From assembly GCA_965279525.1 (NCBI GenBank), contig CBDIIB010000004.1, forward strand, positions 1,056,001 to 1,120,000: 64,000 bases of DNA, written 5' to 3'. The notes beneath the pieces were generated by a model. The model made no database searches. It was not told where the DNA came from and saw only the letters and a program-made list of their open reading frames with translations. The position numbers and the translations under genes are program-made. Origin of the DNA: Tagaea sp. (GTDB taxonomy: Bacteria; Pseudomonadota; Alphaproteobacteria; CACIAM-22H2). Within the stretch, counting starts at the first letter, position 1. Each line of letters starts with the position of its first letter. This document shows, piece after piece, positions 8,007 through 17,831 of the stretch.

Positions 8007-9386
8007 TCAGGGCCGGCGGACGGGGTTCGCCGCGAAATAGCCGTCGATCGCGCGCACGATGCCGCCCGCCACCTTCGTGCGGTGGACCGGGCGGTTCAGC
8101 AGCTGCTCGTCGTCGCGGTTGGAAAGATAGCCAAGCTCGATCAGCACCGAGGGCACGTCGGGTGCCCGCAGCACCGCGAAGCCTGCGAACCGGTGCGGGT
8201 TCTGCGGCAGGAGCTGCACCTCGCGCCCCATTTCGGAGACGAGCTGGCGGGCGAAGACGATTGAATGGTTCATCGTCTCGCGTTGCGCGAGGTCGATCAG
8301 GATCGAGGTCACGTCGCGGTTCTCGCGCGTCAGGTCCACGCCCGCGATGATGTCCGCCCGGTTCTCGCGCGCGGCCAGGCCCGCGGCTTCGGAGTCCGAC
8401 GCGTTTTCCGACAGCGTGTAGATCGACGCCCCGCGCGTGGCGGAGTTGCCGTTGCCCATCGAGTCCGCGTGGATCGAGATGAACAGGTCGGCCGATTGCT
8501 GGCGCGCGATGGCGATGCGGTCGCGCAGGCGGATGAACACGTCCTCGTCGCGCGTCAGGTTGACGCGATAGCGGCCCGACTGCTCGAGCTGGCGGCGCAC
8601 CTCGCGCGCCATGGCGAGCGTGATGTCCTTCTCGTGCGTGCCGCCGGTGCCGATGGCGCCGGGATCCACGCCGCCATGGCCCGGATCGATCACGATCGTC
8701 GGGCGATGGGCCTGCGGGCGCGACGGCGGTGCGCGCGGCGGCGCGACCGCGGCCGGCGGCGTGACCGACTGCACGCTCGGCGGGACCGGGCGCGGTGCGG
8801 CAGCGAAGGCCTGCTGGGTCGGTGCTGCGTTCGTCACCGGGCGTGCGGCCGGTGCCGCTTCGGCGGGCGCACTCGCCTGCAGGGCGCGCAGCACGCCCGA
8901 CACCGACCAGGGCTGGACGCCCTTGGCGAAGGACTCGTCGGTCGAGCGTTCGAAATCGAGGATCAGGCGCTGGCCCGGGCGCGCGCCGGTCGGCAGCTCG
9001 TACCGTGCCTCGCGCAGCTTGGCCGGCTGGGCAAGGTCAAGGACGAGCCGGCCGGTCTGCGCGTCGAACGCGCCATAACGCATGCCGGCGACCAGCCCGC
9101 TCGGCGCCACCTCGCCGCCGGCGATCTTCCATTGCACCGCCGGCAGGTCGACGACTGCGCGCATCGGCTCGGCGAGGAAAAAGACCCGGTGCTCGAGCCG
9201 GCGGGAAATCTGGAGGATGAGCCGGGTCGCCCCCGGGGCTTCGGTCAGCCAGACCCCGGTGACGACGGCCTCGGGCCCTGCCGCCGGCCGGGCGGGGGTC
9301 TGGGCGGCCAGCGGGCCGGCCGCAAGCAGCCCCAGCGCCCACAGGCACCTGAAAGACCACAACATATTGCGTGAGAACGACGCCAT
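8007..9386 (-). CDS. amiC: N-acetylmuramoyl-L-alanine amidase (AMIN + Amidase_3)
   Basis: IDPGHGGVDPGA, EK, FISIHADS and PSVLIELGYLSN; signal peptide. Start is 9386 or 9365. Confidence 0.9.
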   Translation of the reverse strand: MASFSRNMLWSFRCLWALGLLAAGPLAAQTPARPAAGPEAVVTGVWLTEAPGATRLILQISRRLEHRVFFLAEPMRAVVDLPAVQWKIAGGEVAPSGLVAGMRYGAFDAQTGRLVLDLAQPAKLREARYELPTGARPGQRLILDFERSTDESFAKGVQPWSVSGVLRALQASAPAEAAPAARPVTNAAPTQQAFAAAPRPVPPSVQSVTPPAAVAPPRAPPSRPQAHRPTIVIDPGHGGVDPGAIGTGGTHEKDITLAMAREVRRQLEQSGRYRVNLTRDEDVFIRLRDRIAIARQQSADLFISIHADSMGNGNSATRGASIYTLSENASDSEAAGLAARENRADIIAGVDLTRENRDVTSILIDLAQRETMNHSIVFARQLVSEMGREVQLLPQNPHRFAGFAVLRAPDVPSVLIELGYLSNRDDEQLLNRPVHRTKVAGGIVRAIDGYFAANPVRRP

Positions 9387-9965
9387 CGACTCGACATATA
9401 TCCCGCGACACGAATCCCCGGCAAGGCCGGCGAGCGGGACCCTTGAAACTAAACGCCGATAACGACGGTGGAAATTACCGATTGTGACCCGGGGAGTCGG
9501 CCTGTATTCTCCCCTCCGTTCGCTGGATGTCGACGCGCCCAAGACCGGAGCGCCGCGTCCGTGCGGGTCACCCATCGCGTGCCGCAACCGCTCCGGACCT
9601 CGGTCCGTGCGGCGGCAAGGCCCGGGGTGAGGCTCGCGGCGAACGCGCCAGGGGCGGCCGATCGACGGCGCACGCCCAAGAATTGGACCCCGCGGAAGGG
9701 GCCGTCTCCCCGCTCCCCTTTTTCAGGGTCGGAGCGATGTCAGGGACGGAAAACTCCGCGACGGTCAAGACCGCGGCGCGGGCCCAAGGAACCCGCGCGC
9801 GACCGCGACGCCAGACGGTTAACCCCCGACGGCACCGTGCGCCCAAGCGATCCGGTCAAGATTTTCATGGCGCCGCGCTCATGCGCGCGAACGACGCCGG
9901 CATTCCGCCGCTCGTCGCGACGCGCATCCGGGCGAACGGCGCCGCATTCGGAGAAGTGTATCGCG

Positions 9966-12836
9966 ATGGCTAAACGTATGTTGATCGACTCGACCCACCC
10001 GGAAGAAACCCGCGTGGTCGTTCTCGACGGGAACAAGCTGGACGAGTTCGATTTCGAAACCGCCAGCAAGAAGCAACTCAAGGGCAACATCTATCTGGCG
10101 CGCGTCACGCGCGTCGAGCCCTCGCTGCAGGCGGCGTTCATCGAATTCGGCGGCAACCGCCACGGGTTCCTCGCCTTCAACGAAATCCACCCGGACTATT
10201 ACCGCATCCCGGTCGCCGACCGGCAGGCGCTGATGGCCGACGACGAGGAAGAAACGGTGCGCTTCGAGCGCCCGCGCCGCCCGCGTCGCGAGGAGCGCGA
10301 TGCCGAAGCGGCGCACGCCGATCCGGTGCACGCCGATCCTGCATCGGCCGATCCGGCATCGGCCGATCCCGCATCGGCCGATCCGCTCCCGACCGTCCCG
10401 TTCGACGATGTCGCCGGTTCCGGCCCGGTCGAACTCGCACCGCCGGCTTCGCAGCCTGCCGAGCAGCTTTCGTTTCCGGTCGCCGACGCGCCGCCCGCCG
10501 CAAGCGAGCCGGCAACGGCCGACGCCGCTCCGCTGGGCTTCGATGCGCCCGCGACGGAAGCGGAACCCGGCGAAGCGGTCACCGGCGAAGTGCTGCCGCC
10601 CGACGGCGTTCCGTCCGACCTGCCGGCCGGCGACGACGCGGCCGAACCGCGCCAGCACCACGTCGAATCGCTCGGCGGCGACACGGTCGACGACGCGCAC
10701 GAGACGCGCCGCCGCGCGCGCCCGCAGCGCCACTACAAGATCCAGGAAGTGCTCAAGCGCCGCCAGGTGCTGCTCGTCCAGGTCGTCAAGGAAGAGCGCG
10801 GCACCAAGGGTGCGGCTCTCACCACGTACCTGTCGCTCGCAGGCCGCTACTGCGTGCTGATGCCCAACACCGACCGGGGCGGCGGGATCTCGCGCCGCAT
10901 CACCTCGCAGCAGGACCGCAAGCGCCTCAAGAACCTGATCGAGGAGCTCGACCTGCCCGACGGCATGGCCGTGATCCTGCGCACCGCCGGCATGGAGCGC
11001 GAGACCGCCGACATCCGGCGCGACTACGAATACCTGATGCGCCTGTGGGAGGAGATCCGCGACCTGACGCTGCGCTCGTCGGCGCCGTCGCTGATCTACG
11101 AGGAAGGAAGCCTCATCAAGCGCGCGATCCGCGACATGTACTCGGCCGATATCGACGAGATCCTCGTCGAGGGGCAGAACGGGTTCGAGTCCTCGCGCCA
11201 CTTCATGGGCATGCTGATGCCCAGCGACATCGGCCGCATCCGGCGCTACGACGACGCGCAGGTGCCGCTGTTCCAGCGCTTCCAGGTCGAGAACGAGCTC
11301 GACGAGATGCACCTGCCGACGGTGCGGCTCAAGTCGGGCGGCTACATCGTCATCAACTCGACCGAGGCGCTCGTCGCCATCGACGTGAACTCCGGCCGCT
11401 CCACGCGCGAGCGCAACATCGACGAGACGGCGTACAAGACGAACCTGGAGGCGGCCGACGAGGTCGCCCGCCAGCTTCGCCTGCGCGATCTCGCGGGCCT
11501 GATCGTCATCGACTTCATCGACATGGACGACCACCGTCACCAGACGAACGTCGAACGTCGCCTGAAGGACGCGATGAAGTCCGACCGCGCGCGCATCCAG
11601 ATCGGCCGCATCTCGGCCTTCGGGTTGCTCGAGCTGTCGCGCCAGCGTCTGCGTCCGTCGATCTCGGAGATCAGCTTCGAGGTCTGCCCGCACTGCAACG
11701 GCACCGGCCGCCTGCGCTCGACCGAGTCCGCGGCACTGCACGTTCTGCGCGGGATCGAGGAGGAAGCGGGCAAGATGCGCGCGGCCGAGATCGCGGTCTA
11801 TGTCGCCACTCCGGTCGCCCTTTATCTCTTCAACAACAAGCGTGCGGCACTGGCGGGCATCGAGAGCCGCTTCGGCCTGCGCGTCAATTTCCATTCGGAC
11901 GACACGCTGATCCCGCCCGCCTTCCGCATCGAACGCGCCAAGACCAAGGCGCCCGACGCGCAGGGTGCGGCACCGATCCGCAGCGTCGAGGACTTCTCGC
12001 CGTCGACAGGCACGTCGACCGACCCCAGCGACGTGCGCGAGCGCGACGATCTGGGCGACGACGACGCCCCGCCCGCCCGCAGCGAAAGCCCGCGCCATTC
12101 GCGTGGCGGTGAACGCGGCGGCGAGCGCGGCGGTGAACGTGGTGGCGAGCGCGGCGGCGAAGGCGGTGGCGAGGAAGGCAGCGGTCGCGGCCGGCGCCGG
12201 CGTCGGCGCGGTCGCGGCGATCGCGGCGATCGCCCCCAGCAGGGTGGCGAGCCGCAGGGCGATGCGGCCGAGACGGCCGTGCAGGCGGCCGAAGGCGTGC
12301 CGGCACAGGCCGACCGCGAAGCCCCGCAGGGTGGTGAGTTCCCGAATGAAGGTGCGCCCGGCGATGCCGGCGGCGAGGACGGCGCACGCCGTCGCCGCCG
12401 TCGCGGACGTCGCGGCGGCCGCCGTCGCGGGCGCCGTCCGGAAGACGGCGAAGTCACGGCCGATGCAGGCGCGCCGGAAGGTGCGGCGAACGGCGAAGCG
12501 GCACCCGTGCCGATGGCGACACCGGCCAATCCCGATCCGGTCTATGACGCACCGGCCTTCCGTCCAGAGCCGCAGCGCGTCCGCGTGGCCGGTCCGGGCG
12601 ACGACCGTTTCCCGCCGCCCGAGCGCGTGGCGGGTCCCGGCGATGCGCATGACTGGCCCTGGAACAAGCAGGCAGGTGCGCCAGCACCCGCTTCGGCAGG
12701 CGAACCGATCCGCGTGAGCGAACCGGTACCGGCACCGATCGTGGCAGCACCGCCCGAAACGGCGGCCCCGCCGCCCGAGGACGACGATCCGAACCGGCCG
12801 AAGAAGCGTGGCTGGTGGAACCGCCTGACCGGCTGA
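9966..12836 (+). CDS. rne: Ribonuclease E
   Basis: MAKRMLIDSTHPEETRVVV, S1 domain GNIYLARVTRVEPSLQAAF, IDVNSG, DFIDM, CPHCNGTG zinc link, Arg-rich C-terminal region ending GWWNRLTG. Confidence 0.96.
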   Translation: MAKRMLIDSTHPEETRVVVLDGNKLDEFDFETASKKQLKGNIYLARVTRVEPSLQAAFIEFGGNRHGFLAFNEIHPDYYRIPVADRQALMADDEEETVRFERPRRPRREERDAEAAHADPVHADPASADPASADPASADPLPTVPFDDVAGSGPVELAPPASQPAEQLSFPVADAPPAASEPATADAAPLGFDAPATEAEPGEAVTGEVLPPDGVPSDLPAGDDAAEPRQHHVESLGGDTVDDAHETRRRARPQRHYKIQEVLKRRQVLLVQVVKEERGTKGAALTTYLSLAGRYCVLMPNTDRGGGISRRITSQQDRKRLKNLIEELDLPDGMAVILRTAGMERETADIRRDYEYLMRLWEEIRDLTLRSSAPSLIYEEGSLIKRAIRDMYSADIDEILVEGQNGFESSRHFMGMLMPSDIGRIRRYDDAQVPLFQRFQVENELDEMHLPTVRLKSGGYIVINSTEALVAIDVNSGRSTRERNIDETAYKTNLEAADEVARQLRLRDLAGLIVIDFIDMDDHRHQTNVERRLKDAMKSDRARIQIGRISAFGLLELSRQRLRPSISEISFEVCPHCNGTGRLRSTESAALHVLRGIEEEAGKMRAAEIAVYVATPVALYLFNNKRAALAGIESRFGLRVNFHSDDTLIPPAFRIERAKTKAPDAQGAAPIRSVEDFSPSTGTSTDPSDVRERDDLGDDDAPPARSESPRHSRGGERGGERGGERGGERGGEGGGEEGSGRGRRRRRRGRGDRGDRPQQGGEPQGDAAETAVQAAEGVPAQADREAPQGGEFPNEGAPGDAGGEDGARRRRRRGRRGGRRRGRRPEDGEVTADAGAPEGAANGEAAPVPMATPANPDPVYDAPAFRPEPQRVRVAGPGDDRFPPPERVAGPGDAHDWPWNKQAGAPAPASAGEPIRVSEPVPAPIVAAPPETAAPPPEDDDPNRPKKRGWWNRLTG

Positions 12837-12860
12837 GTTCTTCGGGAAATCGAAAAGGGA

Positions 12861-12895
12861 AGCGGCGCGTTCTTCGGAACGCGCCGTTTTCGTTT
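12861..12895 (+). terminator. Rho-independent terminator after rne, possibly bidirectional
   Basis: GCGGCGCGTTC-TTCG-GAACGCGCCGT followed by TTTCGTTT. Confidence 0.8.
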
Positions 12896-12911
12896 CAGGC
12901 ACGCATTTTCT

Positions 12912-14075
12912 TCAGGACGGGCGCCAGTCCTTCAGGCGCTTCGTGGCTTCGACCATGTCGGCCATCGTGCCCGCGAAGGAAAAGCGCACGAAACGGTTGC
13001 CGCGCTCGGGATCGAAATCCACGCCCGGCGTCGCCGCCACGCCCGCCTCGGCCAGCATGCGCCGGCAGAACTCGGTGCTGTCGTTGGTGAGGTGCGCCAC
13101 GTCGGCATAGAGATAGAAGGCGCCGTCCGGCGGCGCGAACTCGCGGAAACCCGCCTTGGGCAGTTCGGCGAGCAGGTAATCGCGGTTGGCGCGATAGCGG
13201 CCAACATGCCCGTCCATCTCGGTGCGCGCGTCGAAAGCGGCGATGGCGGCGACCTGCGCCAGCGTCGGCGGCGAGATGAAAAGGTTCTGCGCCAGCCGCT
13301 CGACCGCACGCACCAGGTCGGGCGGCACGATCAGCCAGCCCAGGCGCCAGCCGGTCATCGAGAAGTATTTCGAGAAGCTGTTGACGACGAACATGTCGTC
13401 GCCGGCGGCAAGCGCCGTCGTGGCATGTCCGTCATAGACGATGCCGTGATAGATCTCGTCGGAAACCAGGCGCGTTCCCTTGCGGCGGCACCATTCGACG
13501 AGGGCGGCGAGTTCGGCCGCCGAAAGCATCGAGCCGGTCGGGTTCGCCGGGCTCGCGACGATCAGGCCGGCCATCTCGCCACCTGCCGCGTCGAGCAGCC
13601 CGGGTGTGGGCTGGAAGCGGCTTGCGGCCGTCGCCGGCAGGCCGACCGGCACGCAGTCGATGGCCTTCAGGATGTTGCGGTAGGCAGGGTAGCCCGGATC
13701 GGCAAGCGCCACGCGGTCGCCGGCGTCGAACGCCGACAGGAACGCGAGCAGGAACCCGCCCGAAGAACCCGTCGTCACGCACACGCGCGCGGGATCGATC
13801 TCGACCGAATAGGTCTCGGCATAATGGCGTGCGATGCGCGCGCGCAGCTGCGGCACGCCCATCGCGTCGGTGTAGCCGAGCTTGTCGGAATCGAGTGCCG
13901 CCTTGGCCGCCGCCCGCACGCCCGTCGGGGCGGGCGTGCCCGGCTGGCCCACTTCCATGTGGACCGTCCGGTCTGCCGGGCTCGCGCAGGCCTCGTCGCG
14001 CACGCGCGCCGCACGCATCACGTCCATCACGATGAAGGGTGCGATGCCGGCACGCCGTGCGGTCTTGAGCGCCAT
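12912..14075 (-). CDS. Class I/II PLP-dependent aminotransferase (aspartate aminotransferase family)
   Basis: HMEVGQP, ASPANPTG, SDEIYHG and NSFSKYFSMTGWRLG (PLP lysine). Confidence 0.92.
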   Translation of the reverse strand: MALKTARRAGIAPFIVMDVMRAARVRDEACASPADRTVHMEVGQPGTPAPTGVRAAAKAALDSDKLGYTDAMGVPQLRARIARHYAETYSVEIDPARVCVTTGSSGGFLLAFLSAFDAGDRVALADPGYPAYRNILKAIDCVPVGLPATAASRFQPTPGLLDAAGGEMAGLIVASPANPTGSMLSAAELAALVEWCRRKGTRLVSDEIYHGIVYDGHATTALAAGDDMFVVNSFSKYFSMTGWRLGWLIVPPDLVRAVERLAQNLFISPPTLAQVAAIAAFDARTEMDGHVGRYRANRDYLLAELPKAGFREFAPPDGAFYLYADVAHLTNDSTEFCRRMLAEAGVAATPGVDFDPERGNRFVRFSFAGTMADMVEATKRLKDWRPS

Positions 14076-14088
14076 CGGTGCGGTTCCG

Positions 14089-15561
14089 TTACTGCGTGCC
14101 GATGCCCAGGCCCGCCCCGCGCGGATCGGCTTCGATCCGGCAGGTCGAAGGGGAGTCGACGATGCCGCCCGGGCACACGATCGCCTGCACGCGCGTGGGA
14201 CCACCGCCTGCGGCGGCACCTGTTTCGGGCGATACGCGTGGTGCTGCGAGCGCCTGGTCGAGATTCTGGCCCGCGACGAGCGTGTCCAGCGCCACCTGCG
14301 CGAGCGCCAGAGGTGCCGCGGAACCGCCGGAAGCCGCACCCGCGAACACGACGTCGGCACGATCGCGAAGTCCGATCGCCACGGTTAGCCAGCGCGCGGC
14401 GCGCATCGCGTTGTCCGGTGCCGGTGCGAGCAGAAACCCTGCACCCGCCGGCACGCGGCCGATGCCGAAGGCCCGGTAGCCCGTGAAGCTGCAAGCGATC
14501 GCCATGCCGTTGCGGTCGATGACGGCGATGCCGGTTCCGCTCGGCGTATCGGCTTCGCGCGCCCATTGGCCGCCGGCACCTGCGATGGCGCGCAGGGCCG
14601 CCGGCGACATGGCTTCCGCAAGCGGTCGCGTCGCCGAGAGATCGGCACCGATGAAAGTCGCCCGATCGCGCGAAGCGGCGGCGGCGGTCGACCCCAGCAA
14701 CGCCGCGTGCTGGCCGGCCGGCACCGATTTCCAGCGCCCTTCGAGGGCGCCGTAGATCTGGCCTGCGGCAAGGCCGCCGACGGCCGGCGTCGATCCGACG
14801 AAAAGGTCGAAACGTTCGCCCACGCGGAACGACGGACCGAACTGCGGAGCACCGGCGGCAAGATCCTCCATGCGCAGATCGATGCCGGCAGCGGCCGCCG
14901 CCTGGATGACCTGCCGGCCGAGCTGGCCGTTATGCAGGTCGCCGGGACCGCGCTGGCGGATTGCACCCAGCACCACCGCCATTTCCGGCTGGACGAGCGG
15001 CACGCCTTCGCCGACCGTCTGGCCGTCGCGCGTGTAGAGCCGTCGCAGGCTTTCCTCGGCGCGAACGGTTTCCACGTTGGCGACGAGATCGTTGGCGAAC
15101 GCACGGGTCGCGGGTGCCCCGTTGCGCGCGAGCAGTTCGGCCGGCGACAGGACCTGCTCCCAGCGCAGCGTTCCGAAACGTGCGTGGAGCGCAAACAGTC
15201 CGCGCGGAATCCCCGGGGTGGCGACGGTCGAATCGGGCCGTGCCGCCACGGCCGGAAACGACAGCATTTCGATCGAGCGCTGCTTGGCGGTGCCCGACGT
15301 GATCAGGCATACCCCGCCGCCGCCCAACGGCATCTGGCCGGGGTAGGTGACCGTCAGCGCGAATGCCGCGGCCACGGCCGCATCGGCGGCACCGCCGCCG
15401 GCCGAAAGGATGTCCCGTGCGACGAGGGCCGCGCGCGGTTCGTCCGCCGTCGCCCCGCCAAGGAACCCGCGCACCGATCCAATCACGCCCGGCGTCGAGA
15501 CCTTCGAGCCGCCGAACCAGTCGCAGCCCGGCAACAGGGCCGCTGCCAGCAGCGCCGCCAT
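14089..15561 (-). CDS. Gamma-glutamyltransferase-like lipoprotein with a degenerate active site
   Basis: Lipobox-like LPGC; ILSAGGGAADAAVAAAFALTVTYP, LGGGG, TPGIPRGLFALHARFG; C-terminal ADPRG. Start uncertain. Confidence 0.8.
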   Translation of the reverse strand: MAALLAAALLPGCDWFGGSKVSTPGVIGSVRGFLGGATADEPRAALVARDILSAGGGAADAAVAAAFALTVTYPGQMPLGGGGVCLITSGTAKQRSIEMLSFPAVAARPDSTVATPGIPRGLFALHARFGTLRWEQVLSPAELLARNGAPATRAFANDLVANVETVRAEESLRRLYTRDGQTVGEGVPLVQPEMAVVLGAIRQRGPGDLHNGQLGRQVIQAAAAAGIDLRMEDLAAGAPQFGPSFRVGERFDLFVGSTPAVGGLAAGQIYGALEGRWKSVPAGQHAALLGSTAAAASRDRATFIGADLSATRPLAEAMSPAALRAIAGAGGQWAREADTPSGTGIAVIDRNGMAIACSFTGYRAFGIGRVPAGAGFLLAPAPDNAMRAARWLTVAIGLRDRADVVFAGAASGGSAAPLALAQVALDTLVAGQNLDQALAAPRVSPETGAAAGGGPTRVQAIVCPGGIVDSPSTCRIEADPRGAGLGIGTQ

Positions 15562-15634
15562 AATTGCGCCACGGCCCCGCGATTGATTTCGGGAGTCGGT
15601 CGGCTTAGCCTGTCTGGGAGAAAAGGCGGAGAAT

Positions 15635-17074
15635 TTGAACTCTTTCATCCGCAAGGCATTCGTCGTTTTCAAGGTCACTCGTTTGGCGCCCGTCGATCGA
15701 GGGAAAATCCGCGTCCGGCGACAGCGGACCCGTTCCGTCGCTGCATTCCTTGCAGCACTGCTCCTGCTTTCGGCCGCCAGCCAACCGCTCCATGCCCAGC
15801 AGCAGCGCATCAGCTTCATCCGCGACGCTGAAACCGAACATATCATCCGCGTCTATGCCGCGCCAGTTTTCCGGGCCGCCGGCCTCAACCCGGCCGACAT
15901 CAATGTCCACCTGATCAACGACCGCTCGCTCAACGCGTTCGTCGCGGGCGGACTCAACATGTTTTTCCATACCGGCCTGCTGCTCCGCTCGGACAATCCC
16001 AACCAGATCATCGGGGTGATCGCGCACGAGACCGGCCACATTTCCGGCGGCCATCTCTCGCGTCTCCCCGAGGCGATGCAGAATTCGTGGGAGACGCTGA
16101 TCATTTCGCTGCTCGGTGCGGCGGCTGCCGCAGCTGCGCGCTCTGCCGACGGCGCGATGGCGTCGGTCATGGCCGGGCAGCAGATCGCCGAGCGCCAGTT
16201 CCTGCGCTACACGCGCACGCTCGAATCCTCGGCCGACCAGGCCGGCGTCGGCTTCCTCGATCGCACGCAGCAATCCTCGCGCGGCCTGCTCGAGTTCCTG
16301 CAGATCCTGGTCGACCAGGAAGCGCTGGCCGTCGACCGGCAGGACCCCTACATGCGCACGCACCCGGTCACCGTCGAGCGCGTGAATTTCGTGCGCAACT
16401 GGGTCGAGAATTCGCGCTACTCCAACATGCCGGTCAAGCCGGAACACGTCGAGATGCACCGGCGCATGCGCGCCAAGCTCCTCGGCTTCACCGAGCCTGC
16501 CCGCGCCCTCCAGCAGTACAAGGAGGGCGACAAGACGCTCGAAGGGCGCTATGCGCGCGCCTTCGCGCTCTACCGGCGCGGCGATTTCGCGCGCGCGATC
16601 CCGCTCGTGGACTCGCTGCTCGCCGACATGCCGGACGATCCGTTCTTCCACGAGACGCGCGCCCAGTTCGTCTACGAAGGCGGCAATCCGCGCGGCTCCA
16701 TCGCGAACTACGAGAAAGCCGTCGCGGCACTTCCCGACAACGCGCTGCTCCGCCTCGAACTGGCGTCGGCGCAGATCGCGACCGAGGACAAGGTGCTCAA
16801 CGCCGCGGCGATCAAGAATCTCGAGCTTGCACTCAAGGGCGAGCCACGGAGCGGGGAAATCTGGCGCCAGCTTTCCGTGGCTTACGGCCGCGACGGACAG
16901 CTCGGATTATCGTCGCTTGCGCAGGCGGAACAGGCGATGCTGATGGGTCGGCGCGTCGATGCCCGCGGATTCGCGGAGCGTGCCGAACGTCTGCTGCCTC
17001 CCGGTTCCCCGCATATCCTGCGCGCGCAGGACATAAAGTCCGCCGCCGAACGGCTCCGCCCCCAGGTGAGATGA
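15635..17074 (+). CDS. M48 metalloprotease with TPRs (BepA/YfgC family)
   Basis: NAFVAGG, AHETGH, ESSADQAG and YMRTHP, then TPR-like helices. True start may be downstream. Confidence 0.88.
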   Translation: MNSFIRKAFVVFKVTRLAPVDRGKIRVRRQRTRSVAAFLAALLLLSAASQPLHAQQQRISFIRDAETEHIIRVYAAPVFRAAGLNPADINVHLINDRSLNAFVAGGLNMFFHTGLLLRSDNPNQIIGVIAHETGHISGGHLSRLPEAMQNSWETLIISLLGAAAAAAARSADGAMASVMAGQQIAERQFLRYTRTLESSADQAGVGFLDRTQQSSRGLLEFLQILVDQEALAVDRQDPYMRTHPVTVERVNFVRNWVENSRYSNMPVKPEHVEMHRRMRAKLLGFTEPARALQQYKEGDKTLEGRYARAFALYRRGDFARAIPLVDSLLADMPDDPFFHETRAQFVYEGGNPRGSIANYEKAVAALPDNALLRLELASAQIATEDKVLNAAAIKNLELALKGEPRSGEIWRQLSVAYGRDGQLGLSSLAQAEQAMLMGRRVDARGFAERAERLLPPGSPHILRAQDIKSAAERLRPQVR

Positions 17075-17823
17075 AAATGCACATGCGACTTCTGGCAATC
17101 GCCGCCGCACTTCTCCTGACGGCCTGTGCCGGCCCTGCACCCCGGGCGGTCGTCGTCGACGGTTCGCTGCGCCTGCTCGAACGCGGCGTCCCGGGCATTC
17201 ACCCGGGCGCCAACATCCAGGAATGGCAGATGCTCCGCGGCCTCAACGAGGCGCAGCTGAACGTCATGGAACTCCAGGGCTCCGTCGTCGTGCGCGCCAA
17301 TGCGCCCGGCGGCGCCACGATGGGCCGGCGGATCGCCACCACGATCGGCGCCACGCCCTATCTGCGCTGGAGCTGGTATCTGGAGCCCACGCAGTTCGGC
17401 GGCGGTGCGGCCGACGGCGTCGAACGCGGCATGCGCCTGATGGTGTTTTTCCGCAGCCCGGTGCGGCCGGGCCTCGAGCGCTACACGGGCTGGACGGGCA
17501 TCGGCGTGGCCGAGTGGGACCGCTACGTCGAGATCTCGTTCGGCGGCTTCGGGGTGGGGCGCGCGGAGGAAGCGCGCCTGGCCAAATGGGTGACCGACGA
17601 CCAGGGCCGCAAGCTCAACCTGCGCGACCCGCGCACCGGCCAGGCCGGCGCCTGGCACGTGGAGGCGGTCGACCTCGCGGAAGTCCACCGGCATTTCTGG
17701 CCCAACGAGAATCCGGCGGGCGTGCAGATCACGCTTATCTCCTTCGGCGGCCTGCACGGCAGGATTCCGCCGGACGTGCCCGAAGCGATCGGCTACATCG
17801 CTGAAGTCACGCTGTCGCGCTGA
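17071..17823 (+). CDS. Lipoprotein, DUF3047-like
   Basis: ATGA overlap with the upstream gene; lipobox LTAC; TPYLRWSW and GAWHVEAVDL resemble DUF3047. Confidence 0.6.
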   Translation: MKMHMRLLAIAAALLLTACAGPAPRAVVVDGSLRLLERGVPGIHPGANIQEWQMLRGLNEAQLNVMELQGSVVVRANAPGGATMGRRIATTIGATPYLRWSWYLEPTQFGGGAADGVERGMRLMVFFRSPVRPGLERYTGWTGIGVAEWDRYVEISFGGFGVGRAEEARLAKWVTDDQGRKLNLRDPRTGQAGAWHVEAVDLAEVHRHFWPNENPAGVQITLISFGGLHGRIPPDVPEAIGYIAEVTLSR

Positions 17824-17831
17824 GAATCAGA

